This document shows positions 18,412-20,853 of a stretch of 20,853 bases of DNA, one piece after another. The position numbers and the translations under genes are program-made. Origin of the DNA: Myxococcales bacterium (lineage in GTDB: Bacteria > Myxococcota > Myxococcia > Myxococcales > Anaeromyxobacteraceae); assembly GCA_038320275.1 (NCBI GenBank), contig JBBQEB010000056.1:1-20853 (forward strand), written 5' to 3'. A model generated the notes under the pieces. The model was given only the letters and a program-made list of their open reading frames with translations, was not told the DNA's origin and made no database searches. Numbering within the stretch: position 1 is the stretch's first letter; every line of letters begins with the position of its first letter.

Positions 18412-19901
18412 ACGCCTTCACCGACGAGCTCGCCTCGCTGCATCGCGCGGGCGCGCGGCTGCTGTACGTCGTCACGCAGGAGGAGGAGCGGGCGGTGGCG
18501 CTCTGCCGCGCCGCCTTCGCCTCCGGGAGCGCCGGCAAGAGCGCGCCCAGGCTCCTCGTCTGGTCGCGGTCGAGGGGGCTCGACCCGCTCGCCCCGGAGG
18601 CGCGGGAGCCGCTCGCCGCGCTCGACGCCCTGGCGAATGATGAGGGGCTCGGGCGCTGCGTGGCGCTCCTCCTCGACTTTCAGCTCGAGCTCGAGGACCG
18701 CGCGGTGGCCCGGCGGCTGCGCGATCTCCTTCCCACCCTCGGCGCGCGCGGTCGCTCCGCAGTGATCGTTGCTCCCCGCCTGCGCCTCCCCGAGGGGCTC
18801 GTCGCGGAGGCAGCGACGCTGCGGCTGCCGCTCCCCGGCCGCGAGGAGCTCGCCCGATCCCTGGAGACGGCCGCGCCCGGTGCCGGTGCCCCCGCGGCGC
18901 TCCTCACCGCAGCCGCCGGGCTCGCTCTCGGACAGGCCCAGCGCGCGTTCGCGCGCGCCGCACAGGCGGACCCCGCCCTCGGCCCCGCCGCGGTGCAGAT
19001 CGTCCTGCAGGAGAAGCAGCGGCTCCTCGCACGCGACCGCGGCCTCGAGATCGTCGAGGCGACGGAGGGGCCGGACGACCTGGGCGGCCTGGAGGCCTTC
19101 AAGGCCTGGATGTCGGAGCGCGCCCAGGGGTTCACGCCGGAGGCCCGCCAGTTCGGCCTGCCGGCGCCGCGCGGCGTGATGCTCCTCGGCGTACAGGGCT
19201 GCGGCAAGTCGCTCGCGTCCAAGGCCGTGGCGAAGCTGCTGGGCGTGCCGCTGCTGCGCCTCGACCTGCCGCGGGTGCTCGGCGCGGGTGACGGCGCGGA
19301 GGAGGGGCTGGCGCAGGCGCTGGAGGCGGCGGAGTCCATCGCCCCCGTCGCGCTCTGGGTGGACGAGATCGAGAAGGGCTTCGCGGGGAGCGCTCCCGGG
19401 CCCGGCAGCGATGCCCGCGCCGCGCGACTCCTGGGCGCATTCTCCACCTGGCTGCAGGAGCACCGGAGCGCCGTGTTCGTGGTGGCGACCGCGAACGACG
19501 TGACGCGGCTGCCTCCCGAGCTCCTCCGGCGCGGCAGGTTCGACGAGCTGTTCTTCGTGGACCTGCCCGACCTCCCGGCGCGGCGCGCCATCCTGGCGCT
19601 CCACCTCGCCCGCCGCGGACGGGATCCCGAGCGCCACGAACTGCAGGCGCTGGCCGAGGCCTGCGCCGACTTCTCGGGCGCCGAGCTGGAGCAGGTGGTG
19701 GTGGGCGCGCTGCATCGCGCCTTCGCGCAGGGGCGGGAGCTCGATTCCCAGGACCTGCGCCGGCTCGCGCAGGACATCGTGCCCCTCTACCGGACGTACG
19801 AGGAGCCCATCAAGGCGCTGCGGGAATGGGCGCGCGGGCGGGCGCGGGTGGCTGGGCGCGAGGCGGCGGTGGTGGAGCTGTTCCGGCGGTCGGGGGCGTA
19901 G
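18408..19901 (+). CDS. AAA+ ATPase, Ycf46-like (497 aa)
   Basis: SD GGAGG at 18396-18400 and a GTGA overlap. N-terminus LLYVVTQEEERA. DLGGLEAFKAW, PRGVMLLGVQGCGKS (Walker A), LWVDEIEKGF (Walker B), VATAN, LPPELLRRGRFDELFFVDLP (SRH), FSGAELEQ and C-terminal IKALREWA.GRAR. Confidence 0.9.
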   Translation: MNAFTDELASLHRAGARLLYVVTQEEERAVALCRAAFASGSAGKSAPRLLVWSRSRGLDPLAPEAREPLAALDALANDEGLGRCVALLLDFQLELEDRAVARRLRDLLPTLGARGRSAVIVAPRLRLPEGLVAEAATLRLPLPGREELARSLETAAPGAGAPAALLTAAAGLALGQAQRAFARAAQADPALGPAAVQIVLQEKQRLLARDRGLEIVEATEGPDDLGGLEAFKAWMSERAQGFTPEARQFGLPAPRGVMLLGVQGCGKSLASKAVAKLLGVPLLRLDLPRVLGAGDGAEEGLAQALEAAESIAPVALWVDEIEKGFAGSAPGPGSDARAARLLGAFSTWLQEHRSAVFVVATANDVTRLPPELLRRGRFDELFFVDLPDLPARRAILALHLARRGRDPERHELQALAEACADFSGAELEQVVVGALHRAFAQGRELDSQDLRRLAQDIVPLYRTYEEPIKALREWARGRARVAGREAAVVELFRRSGA

Positions 19902-19921
19902 GCGAAGGGGAGGCGGGCGTC

Positions 19922-20853
19922 TTGCGCAGCGACATCACCGTGGCGGAACTCTGGCGCGATCGCGATCTCGCGGCCTGGCGCGCCCTCGTCGCGTCGTCGC
20001 CGGAGGGGAGCGCGTACTGCCTCCCGGAGTACCTCGACGCGCTGTGCTCGGCGGCCGGAGGGCGCTTCGTCGTGCTCGGGGTGAGACACGGGGAGGAGCT
20101 CGCTGGCGGGATCGCCCTCCACGAGCGCGGCACGCGCTGGGGCGCCGTCGTCCAGCCGCGGCCGCTGCTCTACTACAACGGCCCGGTGCTCCGCCGGTAC
20201 GCCACCAAGAACCCCGCCGAGGCGGCGAGCCGCACGGCGAAGACGCTGGCCGCCCTCGCCGCCGAGCTCCGCCGGCGCGGGCTCGCACGCACCACCCTGC
20301 GCTGCCGCACCACCGTCCAGGACGTGCGAGCGCTGCTCGCCGAAGGCTGGTCGGCCTCGCCGGCCTACACCTACGTGGCGCCCCTCGCCGATCCGGCTGC
20401 GCTCCGGGCGCGTATGGACGGAAACGTCCGGCGGCTGCTGAAGCGCGCAGAGGAGGGGGGCGTGCGGCTGGTCGAGGACGGCGAGTTCGACCCGTTCTAC
20501 GCGCTCCACTGCGCCACAGGTGAGCGGAAGCGCTTCCAGGCCTACCTGCCGCGCGAGCCCTTCCGGCGCTTCGTGCAAAGCCTTCAGGGGCGGGGGCTCT
20601 GCCGGCTCGATCACGCCGTCCTGCCCGATGGCCGCGTGGCAGCGGCGCAGCTCACGCTTCTCGGTCCGTCGGCGACGAGCCACACGGTCGCGGCCGCGGC
20701 CGATCCGGCGCTCCTCGGCACCGGCGCGTCGGCGTACCTGCGCTGGCGCGTGTTCCAGGCGCTCTCGGCGGCCGGTTACGGGGAGAACGATCTGACCGAC
20801 GTGGGACCGGGCGAGGTGGGCCAGTTCAAGAGCCACCTCGGCGCCGACCTCAG
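19922..20853 (+). CDS. FemAB-like double-GNAT (Acetyltransf_6-type) acyl/aminoacyl transferase, partial (runs off the right edge)
   Basis: Manual translation from TTG 19922 (SD GGAGG 19909-19913): MRSDITVAELW..AWRALVASSPEGSAYCLPEYLDAL...LLYYNGPVL...AYTYVAPL...MDGNVRRLLKRAEEGGV...FDPFYALH...GASAYLRWRVF...NDLTD...VGQFKSHLGA. Open for 310 codons. The W..LV..SP, RR..KRA...G and FK..G patterns match FemAB-like GNATs. Confidence 0.8.
   Translation, partial: MRSDITVAELWRDRDLAAWRALVASSPEGSAYCLPEYLDALCSAAGGRFVVLGVRHGEELAGGIALHERGTRWGAVVQPRPLLYYNGPVLRRYATKNPAEAASRTAKTLAALAAELRRRGLARTTLRCRTTVQDVRALLAEGWSASPAYTYVAPLADPAALRARMDGNVRRLLKRAEEGGVRLVEDGEFDPFYALHCATGERKRFQAYLPREPFRRFVQSLQGRGLCRLDHAVLPDGRVAAAQLTLLGPSATSHTVAAAADPALLGTGASAYLRWRVFQALSAAGYGENDLTDVGPGEVGQFKSHLGADL

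Noticed and set aside
16377..19901. 1174-aa ORF ending in the AAA+ ATPase (possible fusion or frameshift)
   Set aside because: Shadow frame of the GspE-like gene. There is a clean GTGA overlap and SD at 18408 and no slippery sequence.
19787..20836. 349-aa minus-strand ORF and small ORFs at the right end
   Set aside because: Antisense or shifted shadows of the plus-strand GNAT gene starting at 19922.
1..20853. CRISPR arrays, tRNA/rRNA, IS elements, prophage or defence genes
   Set aside because: Coding density is near complete, all intergenic gaps are under 180 bp, and I saw no spaced repeats, integrase/transposase motifs or RNA-gene signatures by eye.

Overview
Very GC-rich bacterial chromosomal segment. 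The CdnL sequence and gene content suggest Myxococcota, probably Anaeromyxobacter-like (inference). It is mostly core housekeeping genes. The partial comEC (minus strand, missed by the ORF track) is divergent from cdnL/carD-ispDF-cysS. Next come a lipoprotein penicillin-acylase-family Ntn hydrolase, uvrB, a convergent lipoprotein S8 protease, and uvrC-cysE-ppa. The window ends with a GT-C-like membrane glycosyltransferase divergent from a compact operon: orphan GspE/PilB-type ATPase, Ycf46-like AAA+ ATPase, FemAB-like GNAT (partial, also missed by the ORF track). I found no mobile element, tRNA/rRNA or CRISPR array. The best candidate for an undescribed system is the right-hand module (14902-20853), whose function is inference only. 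Secondary oddities are probable leaderless promoters, insertions and charged tails in IspD, UvrB and UvrC, and two lipoprotein hydrolases flanking uvrB. Most very long ORFs in the track are high-GC shadow frames.
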